Assembly (NCBI GenBank): GCA_964016885.1
Contig: OZ024754.1
Coordinates: 21,204,001-21,268,000 of the forward strand
Length of the DNA stretch: 64,000 bases
DNA from: Eledone cirrhosa
Lineage: Eukaryota
Direction of reading: 5' to 3'
The notes under the pieces are model-generated. The model searched no databases. It saw only the letters and a list, made by a program, of their open reading frames with translations, and was not told the DNA's origin. How positions within the stretch are numbered: the first letter of the stretch is position 1; each line of letters starts with the position of its first letter. A program made the position numbers and the translations under genes. This document shows positions 12,799 through 25,408 of this stretch, piece by piece.

Positions 12799-12959
<161 letters not shown>

Positions 12960-13211
12960 GTTTGGCGTTGTTTCATTGGATGAACAAGTCTAGTTTGTTA
13001 TAGCTTACTTTGATATAAAAGAAAACATTGATTGGATGCAGAGCGAAGGATATTAATGTTGGTAATTAGAACAAGTGGGTAATAAGAGAAGAAATGTTTA
13101 GAGTTACAAGATACATAGATTGTTGGATGGGTGGACAGATAGATAAACAGATAGTTAGATGGATAGATAAGGAGTTACATGGATATATAGATAAATGGAT
13201 AGATAGATATG

Positions 13212-14177
13212 TTTCTTTTATTTGCCACCAGGGCATCAAAAGTGGGACAAGTACAATGGGAGGAGTTTACAAAACAAGGCGTCCTCAATAAGGAGGAGGC
13301 AATAACAATATATAAAAATAAAATAAAATATAACAAAAAATAAAATTTATAACAAAGTCCTCAATAGAGAGGAGGCGCCTTGGGGGGTCGCACACACCCC
13401 CGAAAAAAGTGTGCAACCCTTCTCCTCAGGAGCACAGAAAAGGGGTGCTCCCTTGGTCTTTCATCTTCCTCACCTATAGTCTGATGTAGAGTGAAGGCCC
13501 ATTCACACGGGCCATTCTCGCCACTTTCACCCATCTTTCATAGAAACGGCTGGGGTGCAGCACCTCTCTCTCCATCCTGATCCTTCTTCCGAAATGATAT
13601 CGGAAGAAACGGACCAGTTGTTGGCCAGAGAGAAAGGTGTCTGACCTCAGTCCTTTCAGACGCGTCCACCATACAACCTCTTTCGCCATGGCTATTACGC
13701 ACAGAAACACCGCCTCTCCTTCGTTTTTGAAGAGGGGAGGCGGCTTGATCGTTACAATAGACTCGGTGGTCAACCGGATCGGTCCCACCCTTGACAGCAG
13801 TTGTTCGACATAACCCCACAGATCGGCAATGCCCGAGCAGTGTACCAATGCGTGTGCAACGGTTTCCTCGTCGCACACGCATCTGGGACAGATCTTTTTC
13901 GATGGGTCCCTACCCGGGCGCCCGTGTCTGTAGAGCCTTTCTCGAACGGGCAGAGCCCTTCTGTAGCATTGTCAGGCCAGGGACCTCTGGAAGTTATCCA
14001 TGGGTCCCGGGCTGAATGTCCTACCGAACAGGTTGGCCAGTTCGTCTTCCTCCATGCCTAGGGCTTCTCCGAGGGCGTCGTCGCACCTGCTAACCACCAG
14101 CCCTCTATAGAATGATGAGGTGGATTCTCCACTGACAGCCGGGTCCGCCTGCCAGAGAGCCGTGAGTGCCTGGGCAC
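13212..14177 (-). mobile_element. Tx1-clade LINE copy A (3' fragment)
   Basis: C-terminal ICPRCVCDEETVAHALVHC and 3' UTR ending AATAAAAGAAAC into TATC repeats; almost identical to the 3' end of copy B. Confidence 0.92.
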
Positions 14178-14239
<62 letters not shown>

Positions 14240-14241
14240 AT

Positions 14242-14307
<66 letters not shown>

Positions 14308-14309
14308 CT

Positions 14310-17300
14310 TTCTTTTTATTTGCCACCAGGGCATCAAAGAGTGGGACAAGTACAATGGGGGGAGTTTACATAAAAAGGCGTCCTCAATATGGAGGAGGCA
14401 ATAACAAAGTATAAAAATAAAATACAATATAACAAAATAAATTTTATAACAAAATCCTCCATAGGGAGGAGGCGCCTTGGGGGGTCGCACACACACCCGA
14501 AAAAAAGTGTGCAACCCTTCTCCTCAGGAGCACAGAGAGGGGATGCTCCCTTGATCTTTCCTCTTCCTCACCTATAGTCTGATGTAGAGTGAAGGCCCAT
14601 TCACACGGGCCATTCTCGCCACTTTCACCCATCTTTCATAGAAACGGCTGGGGGGCAGCACGTCTCTCTCCATCCTGATCCTTCTTCCGAAATGATATCG
14701 GAAGAAACGGACCAGTTGTTGGCCAGAGAGAAAGGTGTCTGACCTCAGTCCTTTCAGACGCGTCCACCATACAACCTCTTTCGCCATGGCTATTACGCAC
14801 AGAAACACCGCCTCTCCTTCGTTTTTGAAGAGGGGGGGGGGGGGGGGCTTGATCGTTACAATAGACTCGGTGGTCAACCGGATCGGTCCCACCCTTGACA
14901 GCAGTTGTTCGACATAGCCCCACAGATCGGCAATGCCCGAGCAGTGTACCAATGCGTGTGCAACGGTTTCCTCGTCGCACACGCATCTGGGACAGATCTT
15001 TTTCGAGGGGTCCCTACCCGGGCGCCCGTGTCTGTAGAGCCTTTCTCGAACGGGCAGAGCTCTTCGGTAGCACTGCCAGGCCAGGGACCTCTGGAAGTTA
15101 TCCATGGGTCCCGGGCTGAATGTCCTACCGAACAGGTTGGCCAGTTCGTCTTCCTCCATGCCTAGGGCTTCTCCGAGGGCGTCGTCGCACCTGCTAACCA
15201 CCAGCCCTCTATAGAATGACGAGGTGGATTCTCCACTGACAGCCGGGTCCGCCTGCCAGAGAGCCGTGAGCGCCTGGGCACACTCGGTGTGCTAGGCGCC
15301 CAGTTTTCTCGGTCTTTGCTTGACCCAGGATTGCAGCTCGGTGAGTGAGACGAGTCTGGGAAAGGCTCGCCTCACAAACGGGGCCCACACCGGTTGACCG
15401 GTGAGGAATACCTGGCGGTGCCGTAGCCATAATGCGTGTTTACGTATCATTAGCCACGGCATCCCCAGCCTCCCTTTCGAAGGGTGTTGACAGCAGATGG
15501 ATCTCCTCACCATAGGAGCCCGCTTCTTCCAAAGGAATTGGAAGAGTGCGCGCTCCATTTTGGCGAGCGTTTCCCTTGGGCAAGGCACAACGGTCAGGCG
15601 GTAGTAGATGACGGACGCTATATAAGTGTTCGCCACCTCCGCCCGACCTTTCAGGGACAGTTTGCACTCGGCCCACTTCTGGGTCAGTGCAAACACCCTG
15701 TTCGTTACCTCACCCTAGTTCTTCTCCACCTGGAGGTCTGGTCCGAACCAGATCCCGAGCAACTTGACCGTCCAGCGCCCGACGACGCCATCGGAGGGCA
15801 TCGATCTACGCCTCCACGTGCCGAGTTGCAGACCGATCGACTTGTCCCGGTTCAGCTTAGCCCCTGTAAACCTTTCGTACTCCTCCAGTAAGGTGCCGAT
15901 CGTCCCGATTTCCGAGGCCGTCGACACCATTACTGTTACGTCGTCGGCGTAGGCCGACACCGCTTTCCGCAATCCCGGTTCCAACGGGATGCCCTGCAAC
16001 AACTCCAACTTCCGCAGCAGTGGCTCTAGAGTCATTACATACAGAAGGGAGGAGAGAGGGCACCCTTGTCGGATGGACCGCGCGATTTCGAACGGCTCCG
16101 AGAGGTAGCCGTTCACCTTGACTCTAGAGCAGATGCGGCTGCTGTGCATGGCATTGATCCAGCCCCTGAAAACGGGTCCGAAGCCTGCCGCCGTTAGCAC
16201 CGCATCCAGGTAACCATGGTCGACCCTATCGAACGCCTTAGATTGATCCAAGTTGATCAGGGCCCCACCAAAGCCGGGTTCGTTCCAAACCCTCTCTATG
16301 ATGTATCGCATGAGGTGGAGGTTGTCGTGGATGGACCTGGACGGGATAGCACATGTCTGCGCATCTCCCACCAGGTTGCCCACGACAAGCGCCAACCTCT
16401 TTGCTAGCACCTTGGCGAAAATCTGTAACTCTGTATTTAGCAGAGTTATGGGCCTGAAATTATTTATATCGTCCCCCTTGTTCTCGTCCTTCCTCACTAG
16501 CGTCACTACGCCCTTAGTCACAGCACAGGGAATTCTCCTATTCTGTTGCCAGTTGCAGTAGACCGCCTCGAGGAGATCGGGGAACAAGTCCGGCATAGCT
16601 AGATACAGTTCGTATGGAAGACCATCGAGACCCGGGGATTTGCGTTTGCCGCATTAGCTCAGCACGTCCTCTATCTCAGCGGCTGAAATCGGCTCCTCGC
16701 AGGACTTCGCCTCCCTGTCCGAGAGACGCGGCAAGCCGTCGAGGTATGGATCGAAGTCCACTTCCCCAACCGGCTCCCCGCCCCTTCCGAACAATCTGGC
16801 AAAGTGCTTTTGAAAAGCCTCGCACATCTGCTTAGGTTCAAGGATCAACCGTCCATCCTGGTCTCGCAAAGACCGGATAGTGGATTTACTCCCTCTTTTG
16901 GCTTCTGTCACGCAGGCCCAGCTAACAGCTTTGGTCCCCTCGTTTCCCAGAGCACGTATTTTGCTTCGGACGGTGCAGCCTTCGTGTTTCGCGTCGAAGA
17001 ACTGGCCCAGGGCCGTTCTCGACGCTAGCACTCTGGCCACGTCGCCGCTTCTAATTGCCTCTTCTACACTATCTACCAACTCCCTTTCCTTCCTATTTCT
17101 ATTTGAGGCTAACTCCTTACTAAATTCTATAGAGACTACTCTAATCTCTCTTTTGAGAGATCCCCACCACCTGCTGTTGACGATGGCGCCCGTCGGGCTG
17201 TACAATTTCTATGAGGTCGGGGGATGGGTTGTTGGGTGGGGTGGTGGTTTGTGGAAGTGTAGAGGCATCAGTGTGTTGTGTGGTTGGGGTGTTTGGAGTT

Positions 17301-19225
17301 GTGTGGGTGTTTGGAGTTTTGTGGGTGTTTGGAGAGGGGTTGGGGAAGTTTTTTAGGAGGACGCGGTTAATGGCCCCGACGCAGAGGGGGGGGGGGCACG
17401 TCCTCTTTAAAGTTGTTTTTTAGTGTTTTATATGTGTCCTCTGGGGCCTTAATCATTTTGAGGTGGGGAAATCCCCTGTCTGGGTGAAGTTAGGCCCTTG
17501 GGTTTTTACTAAATTGTTGTTGTATACAATGTTTAGCAGTTTTTTATTTCTTGTGTTAATGTATGTGTATGCATGTTTTTGTTTTTGTGTGGTGTTTTTT
17601 GTTTGCTGTTGTTGTGTGCTCTTTTGTGTTGGTGTCTGTGTTATGTTTTGGGGAGGGGTAGTTTTCATATGTGTGTCTGAGGTGTGTTTTCTTTTTTTCT
17701 TTTGATTGTGTGGAAGTGCTCCTCCTCGTCTGACGACGAACGAGGGTCATCTTCCGCGTTGGAGGGGAGGGGTAGATTTTCGGGTTGTGTTTGCGGTGCG
17801 GGTGTTTTGGAAATTGTTTTTTTTTTAGTGGGGGGGGGAACAGTGTTTTGTTTTGGTTTGAGCTGTGGTTGTTGTTTTTGTAGTGGTGGTTGTGGTGATT
17901 GTGTTGGTTGTGCAGTTGTTGGTGGTGTAGGCAGGATTGGGGTTTTCTTTTTAAGTTGAGGATAGACAGCGCTCAGGTGACCTCTGGCTCCACAGAGGTA
18001 ACACGAGAGCCGCCTACCCTCAACCTCAACGGTAATGTTGATAAAAGTTTGATCATCCAGTATGACGCGTTCAGGGATCTGGGCGATCCTTTCGGGCCTC
18101 ATTTGAACTACAAGTTCGAGGCCCGTTCCACTGAACGCGTCACCCGATGCCTTTCCAATGGATATTAGTGTGTCATCGTCTAGGTTCAGGAAACCTGTCA
18201 ATACCCACCATATGTCCATAATAGGAAGGATGGTGTGAATTTTTATTTTTTGTGTCCTTCTACCCATGTACGTAGGGTAGAAGGTGTATGCGGTGGATGT
18301 GATTGGTTTTATGGACAGTTTCACTGCTGTGTCCTTGTCCTTCATGAGAATGGATAGACTCCCGTAGAGTCTATCCTTCTGAATGAATATGATGTCTTTC
18401 ATGACATCTTTTAAAACCAGCTCTATCTCACTCTGTGATGGTTGAGCTGGTTTTTTGCTATTGTTTGAGACTGTCCTAAACATGACAGTGTTTAGGAGTC
18501 TCTGGCTTTTTAGTTCCGGGGGGGGGGGGGATCAAAAATGATCCATTTTCCCCGTACACTATGTATTTTTTGGCATCTGCCAGTAGCTCCTTCGCTTTGC
18601 TTATATCTACTGGCAGATAATCGAGGGTTTTCCTTGCTGTCTGGGCGAAGGAGACCTTTTTCTTGTTTGTGTTGCTGTTGTAGTTGGTGGTGTTGTTGTT
18701 ATCATTGTTGTTGTTATCACAGTTATTGGTCTTGTTGTTGTTGTTATTGTTATTGTTGTTGGTGTTGTTTTCGTTCGTAGCATTGTTGTTGTTGTTGCTG
18801 GTGCCGCTGGTTGTGTTGGTTTTGTTCATTGTTTCACACTTTTGCTGGTGACGCTGGTTGTTTGGTTTGTTGCCATGGCAACGTCAAGTTGTCGGTCAGC
18901 TGGTGGAGAAAATCGTTCCTCTGGCTGACCTTTGTCTGAGACATCTGCTACTATGACAGTGGCAGGGGGAAGCTGTAAGCATATCTTCCCCTTTCCTCCT
19001 TCGAATGTTGGTGCCATTTAAAAAGAAATGTTAGCTTTTCAAAAAAAAACATTTTGTTAACTATTTCGCCTAAAGGCGTAGAATATTTTGAGAGACTGAC
19101 CAGATCAAAATTTGACCTGGCAGTCCCTCTACAAAATGGTACAAAAATGAAGGTTTACAGTCAAGAATTTCTATAGAAATTTAAGCAGAACTTACTCAGT
19201 AAGTTTCACGCGTGTGTCCATCCCA
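14310..19225 (-). mobile_element. Tx1-clade LINE copy B: 5' UTR, frameshifted ORF1, ORF2 lacking the endonuclease
   Basis: ORF1 pieces (19017-17665) with poly-Asn and knuckle CYLCGARGH; RT motifs NFRPITLLN, LDQSKAFDRVDH, IRQGCPLS, AYADDV; C-terminal CxxC...HxxxxC. Confidence 0.92.
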
Positions 19226-19236
19226 GAGATAGATAA

Positions 19237-19328
<92 letters not shown>

Positions 19329-19329
19329 A

Positions 19330-22052
19330 TTTCTTTATTAGCCACGAGGGCACAAACGAAGGGGACAAATAGGGAGTTTACATACAGGTATATGAAAATA
19401 AAACTATTAATAAAACAACAAATAACAATTGAAATCCCCAATAGGGGGGAGGCGTTACACATGGGTTGTACACACCCCGAAAAAAATGTACAACCCTCAT
19501 CTCCAGGAGCACTAAGAGTGAGTACTCCCTTCCTCTCTTCCTCTTTTTTGTCAACCTACAGGCTTATATAGAGAGAAGGGCCAACCGCTCGGGACATCTT
19601 TGCCATATTCACCCAGCTTTCATGAAATTTGCTGGGGTACAGCACCTCTCTCTCCATCCTGATTCTTCTTCCAAAATGATATTTGAAAAAACGAATCAGT
19701 TGTTCGCTGGAGAGAAAGTTGTCTGACCTCAGCCCTTTTAACCTCGTCCACTATATAACCTCTTTCACCATAGCCATAACACATAGGAAAACCGCTTCTC
19801 CTTCGTTCGGTGAGGAATACGTAGAGATGCCGCAGCCTGAGCGCGTGTTTGCGCATCGTCAACCACGGCATTCCCAGCCCTCCGTTTGAAGGGTGTTGGC
19901 AGCAGATGGATCTTCTCACTAAAGGAGCCCGTTTCTTCCAAAGGAATTGGAAGAGCGCGCGCTCCATTTTGGTGAGCGTTTTGGCTGGACAAGGCACGAC
20001 GGTCAAGCGGTAGTAGATGGTGGACGCTATAAAAGTGTTCGCCACCTCTGCTCGACCTTTCAAGGATAGTTTTCACTCGGCCCACTTCTGTGTGAGTGCA
20101 AACACCTTGGCCGTCATCTCGTTCCAGTTCTTCTCCACCTGGAGGTCAGGACCAAACCAGACCCCGAGCAGCTTTACCGGTCCTTCCGTCCAGCGTATAC
20201 AACGTCATCGGAAGGCATCGGTTTGCCTCTCCACGTTCCGAGTTGCAAACTGACGAATTTGTCCCGGTTCAGCTTCGCTCCTGTGAAACTTTAGTATTCC
20301 TTCAGTAAGGTGCCGATCTCCCCGAATTTGCGAGGTGCTCGACACCATTACTGTAACGACGTCGGCGTAGGCCGACGCCGCTTTTCGCAGTCCCGGTTCC
20401 AAAGGGATGCCCTGCAATAGCTCCAACCTCCGCAGAAGTGGCTCGAGAGTCAGTACGTACAGAAGGGAGGAGAGAGGGCATCCCTGTCGGATGGATCGCG
20501 TGATATGGAACGGCTCCGAGCAGATGTTGCTGTTGTGCATTGCAGCAATCCAGCCCCTGAACACGGGACCGAAGCCTGAGCCTCGAGCACCGCATCCAGG
20601 TAACGATGGCCAACCCTATCGAAAGCCTTAGACTGATCCAAGTTGATCAGGGCCCCACCGAAGCCAGGTTTACAGCCTACCCTCTCTATGATGTATCGCA
20701 TGAGGTGGAGGTTGTCGTGTATGGACCTGGTCGGGATTGCGCATGTCTGCGCTTCTCCCACCAGGTTTTCGACGACAAGCGCCAGCCTCTTTGCCAACAC
20801 CTTGGCCAAAATCTGTAACTCTGTGTTGAGCAGAGTTATGGGCCGGAAGTTGCCTATGTCATCCCCATTTTTTTCGTCCTTCCTGACTAACGTGATTACG
20901 CCCTTGGTCACAGAACTGGGAATTCTCCCGTTCTGCTGCCAGTTGCAGTAGACCGCTTCCAGGAGACTGGAGAACAAGTCGGCATTGCTACATAAAATTT
21001 GTAGGGTAGACTGTCGAGACCTGGAGATTTGCGTTTGCCGCATTGGCTCAGCGCGTCCCTATCTCAACGGCTGAAATCGGCCTTTCGCAGAACTTCGCCT
21101 CGCTGTCCGAGAGTCGCGGTAGGCCGTCGAGGTATGAACCGAAATCCATAGCCCCTCCCGGCGCGCCGCCTTCCCCGAACAGTTGAGCAAAGTGCCGCTG
21201 AAAGGCCGTGCACATTTGCTTCGGCTCACGTATCACGCGTCCGTCTTGGTCCTTCAAAGACCGAATCGTGGACTTGTTGCCACTTTTCGTCTCCGTCACT
21301 CGGGCCCAGCTAACAGCTTTTGCTCCCTCATTTTACAGAGCACGTATTTTGCTTCTGACAACGCAGCCTTCATGCTTTGCGTCGAAGAACTGGCCCAAGG
21401 CCGTTCTCGTCGCTAGCACGCTGGCTACGTTGCCACTCCTAAGTGCCTCTTCTACTTTATCTACCAGTTCCTTTTCGGTCTTAATTCTATCTAACACTAA
21501 TTCTTTACTAAAACCTATCGAGTCTAATCTAACTGCCCTCTTGAGAGAGTACCACCATCTGTTGTTGACAATGGCCCCCGTCAAGTGCTGCTTAACTAAA
21601 GTGCTAATCCGTCTACTGTAGGCTTTGCATGTCGGTAACGACAAGTTCAGCTTCCAGTAGCCGGGTCCCTGTCTATGGGTTTTGTCAAGGTTGACTAAGC
21701 AGGTCACTAATTTGTGATCTGAATAGGCGACCATGAACATCTGTGGACAGCTTAACATGTCCCTATCCTCCTTTCTAACTAGAACCCTATCTAGGTACGA
21801 TCTAGATGTTCCGCTGATTTTAGTCCACGTCCACAGTGGCACAGTCGGAAAATCTAATCGATATCTATCGGCCAGGTCAAATTGGGCGATTAACTGTTTG
21901 AGGCTGTTACACCCCCCTCTATCGGGACATGCTCCCACATAGTCCCAACGTGCATCTAGGATTCCATTCCAGTCCCCCACTAACAGCAGGGAGCGGGACG
22001 TTCCCAGAAAAGTCTCTAGACGTTTGAAGAAGTCTGGCCGCGGTGTCGAGAA
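19330..22052 (-). mobile_element. Tx1-clade LINE copy C: endonuclease C-half + RT, internally deleted
   Basis: APE motifs LLVGDWN, SYLDRVL, SDHKLV, GPGYWKLN; RT NFRPITLLN, SKAFDRV. Confidence 0.92.
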
Positions 22053-22129
<77 letters not shown>

Positions 22130-22167
22130 CAGATAGATAGATAGATTGATAGATAAATAGATAGATA

Positions 22168-23226
22168 TGTTTCTTTATTAGCCACAGGGGCACAAAAGAA
22201 GGGGACAAATACAAAGGGGAAAGTTTACATACAATAAAAACGTGTAAAATATTATCACAAATGCAATTTAAAAATTAGTCTATTTTCCCCAATAGGGGGA
22301 GACAGTTTATATGGGTAACACATACCCCCGAAAAAATGTGTATACCTCATCTCCAGGAGTACGAAGAGTTTGTACTCCTTTCCTCTCCTCCTCCTTTTCC
22401 TCAACTTACAGGCTGATATAAAGAGAAGGCCCATTCACTCGGGCCATTCTCGCCACTTTCACCCACCTTTCATAAAACTTGCTGGGGTACAGCACCTCTC
22501 TCTCCATCCTGATTCTTCTTCCAAAGTGGTATTTGAAAAAAAAGAATCAGTTGTTGGCTGGAGAGAAAGGTGTCTGACCTCAGCCCTTTCAACCCTGTCC
22601 ACCATACAACCTCTTTCGCCATAGCTATCACACAAAGGAAAACCGCCTCTCCTTCGTTTTTGAAGGAGGGTGGCGGTTTGATCATGACAATGGACTCGGT
22701 GGTCAACCGGATTGGTCCCACCCACGACAATAGTCGTTCTACATAGCCCCACAGGTCGGTAACTCCCGGGCAATGTATGAATGCGTGCGCGACAGTTTCT
22801 TCGTCTCGCACGCACCTCGGACAGATCTTTTTTGCAGGGTCCCTGCGCGGGCGCCCATGTCTGTAGAGCTTGTCTCGAACTGGTAGAGCTCCTCGGTAGC
22901 ACTGCCAGGCCAGGGACTTTTGGAAGTTGTCCATCGGTCCCGGGCGGTTCATCTTCCTCTACGCCTAGAGTTTCACCAAGCGCATCGCATTTGCTGCGGA
23001 TCAACCCTCTGTAGAATGATGAAGTGGAGTCTCCACTGATCGCCGGGTCCGCCTGCCAGAGGGCTGTGAGCGCCTGAGCACATTCGATGTGCCAATCGCC
23101 CATTTTCCTCGGTCTTTGCTTGACCCAGAACTGCAGCTCAGTCAGCGAGACAAGTCGTGGGAAGGCTCGCCTCACGAATGGGGCCCACACCGGTTGTCCG
23201 GTGAGGAATACGTAGAGATGCCGCAG
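22168..23226 (-). mobile_element. Tx1-clade LINE copy D (3' fragment)
   Basis: Same C-terminus and 3' UTR as copy E. Confidence 0.92.
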
Positions 23227-23237
23227 ATAGATAGATA

Positions 23238-24822
23238 TATTTCTTTATTAGCCACAGGGGCACAAAAGAAGGGGACACATACAAAGGGGGAAGTTTACAT
23301 ACAATAAAAACGTGTAAAATGTTATCACAGATGGAATTTAAAAGTTAGTCGATTTTCCCCAATAGAGGGAGACAGTTTATATGGGTAACACATACCCCTG
23401 AAAAAAAATGTGCAACCCTCATCTCCAGGAGTACGAAGAGCTTGTACTCCTTTCCTCTCCTCCTCCTTTTCCTCAACCTACAGGCTGATATAGAGAGAAG
23501 GCCCATTCACTCGGGCCATTCTCGCCACTTTCACCCACCTTTCATAAAACTTGCTGGGGTATAGCACCTCTCTCTCCATCCTGATTCTTCTTCCAAAGTG
23601 GTATTTGAAAAAAAGAATCAGTTGTTGGCCGGAGAGAAAGGTGTCTGACCTCAGCCCTTTCAACCTTGTCCACCATACAACCTCTTTCGCCATAGCTATC
23701 ACACAAAGGAAAACCGCCTCTCCTTCGTTTTTGAAGGAGGGTGGCGGTTTGATCATGACAATGGACTCGGTGGTCAACTGGATTGGTCCCACCCGCGACA
23801 ATAGTCGTTCTACATAGCCCCACAGGTCAGTGACGCTCGGGCAGTGTATGAATGCGTGCGCGACGGTTTCTTCATCTCGCACGCACCTCGAACAGATCTT
23901 TTTTGCAGGGTCCCTGCCCGGGCGCCCATGTCTGTAGAGCTTGTCTCGAACTGGTAGAGCTCCTCGGTAGCACTGCCAGGCCAGGGACTTTTGGAAGTTG
24001 TCCATCGGTCCCAGGCGGAAGGTCCTACCGAACAGACTGGCCAGTTCATCTTCCTCTACGCCTAGAGTTTCACCGAGCACGTCGTCGCACTTGCTGCGGA
24101 CCAACCCTCTATAGAATGACGAAGTGGAGTCTCCACTGATCGCCGGGTCCGCCTGCCAGAGGGCTGTGAGCGCCTGAGCACATTCGATGTGCCAGTCGCC
24201 CATTTTCCTCGGTCTCTGCTTGACCCAGGATTGCAGCTCGGTCAGCGAGACGAGTCATGGGAAGGCTCGCCTCATGAACGGGGCCCACACCGGTTGTCCG
24301 GTGAGGAATACGTAGAGATGCCGCAGCCTGAGCGCGTGTTTGCGCATCGTCAACCACGGCATCCCCAGCCCTCCGTTAGAAGGGTGTTGGCAGCAGATGG
24401 ATCTTCTCACCAAAGGAGCCCGCCTCTTCCAAAGGAATCGGAAGAGCGCGTGCTCCATTTTGGCGAGCGTTTTGGCTGGACAAGGCACGACGGTCAAGCG
24501 GTAGTAGATGGCGGACGCTATAAAAGTGTCCGCCACCTCCGCTCGACCTTTCAAGGATAGTTTGCACTCGGCCCACTTCTGGGTGAGTGCAAACACCTTG
24601 GCCGTCACTTCGTTCCAGTTCTTCTCCACCTGGAGGTCAGGACCAAACCAGACCCCGAGCAGCTTTACCGGTCCTTCCGTCCAGCGTCCGACGACGCCAT
24701 CGGAAGGCATCGGTCTGCCTCTCCACGATCCGAGTTGCAAATCGATGGACTTGTCCCGGTTCAGCTTCGCTCCTGTGAGACTTTCGTATTCCTTTAGTAA
24801 GGTGCCGACTTCCTCGATTTGC

Positions 24823-24823
<1 letters not shown>
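23238..24823 (-). mobile_element. Tx1-clade LINE copy E (RT thumb to 3' end)
   Basis: GAKLNRDKS, VKLLGVWF, LSLKGRAEV, GGLGMP, C-terminal zinc motif; bounded by GATA repeats. Confidence 0.92.
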
Positions 24824-24884
<61 letters not shown>

Positions 24885-25408
24885 AAGGATAGTTAGATAC
24901 ATAGATATTATAAGACATATATATCCTACAATCAAGCTTAAACCCTTTTTGATAGATTAATAGGTAGATAGCTAGATGGATAGGTAGATAGATAGACAAA
25001 TAGATAGATAGTAAGAGTATGAAGTGAAATTATAAGGGGAGGGCATAGAATGGATATAGACAATCACACAAAGATAACTTGTCTCTCATGTATTTGTATA
25101 CATTATATATAAATATATAAGTTCATATAAGTAAATATAAGGTGAGCCATAATTTGATTATGGAATACTGACAAACAATAATAATGGCCTCTTACAAAAC
25201 AGACATTTAATGTAACTACACATTAACTGAAACGAATTGACCATGTATTACTTTTCTATTAAAGTTTAGTATCATTATGGTTTGTTTGTTTTTTAATAAC
25301 ATTTCATGACAGTAGACTACTAAGATTATGACATACACTGTACATAATAGGTGTAACACAAGTACAAACATGTCTGTATTCATCATCTCTGTTGTTTTAA
25401 TGTCTGCT

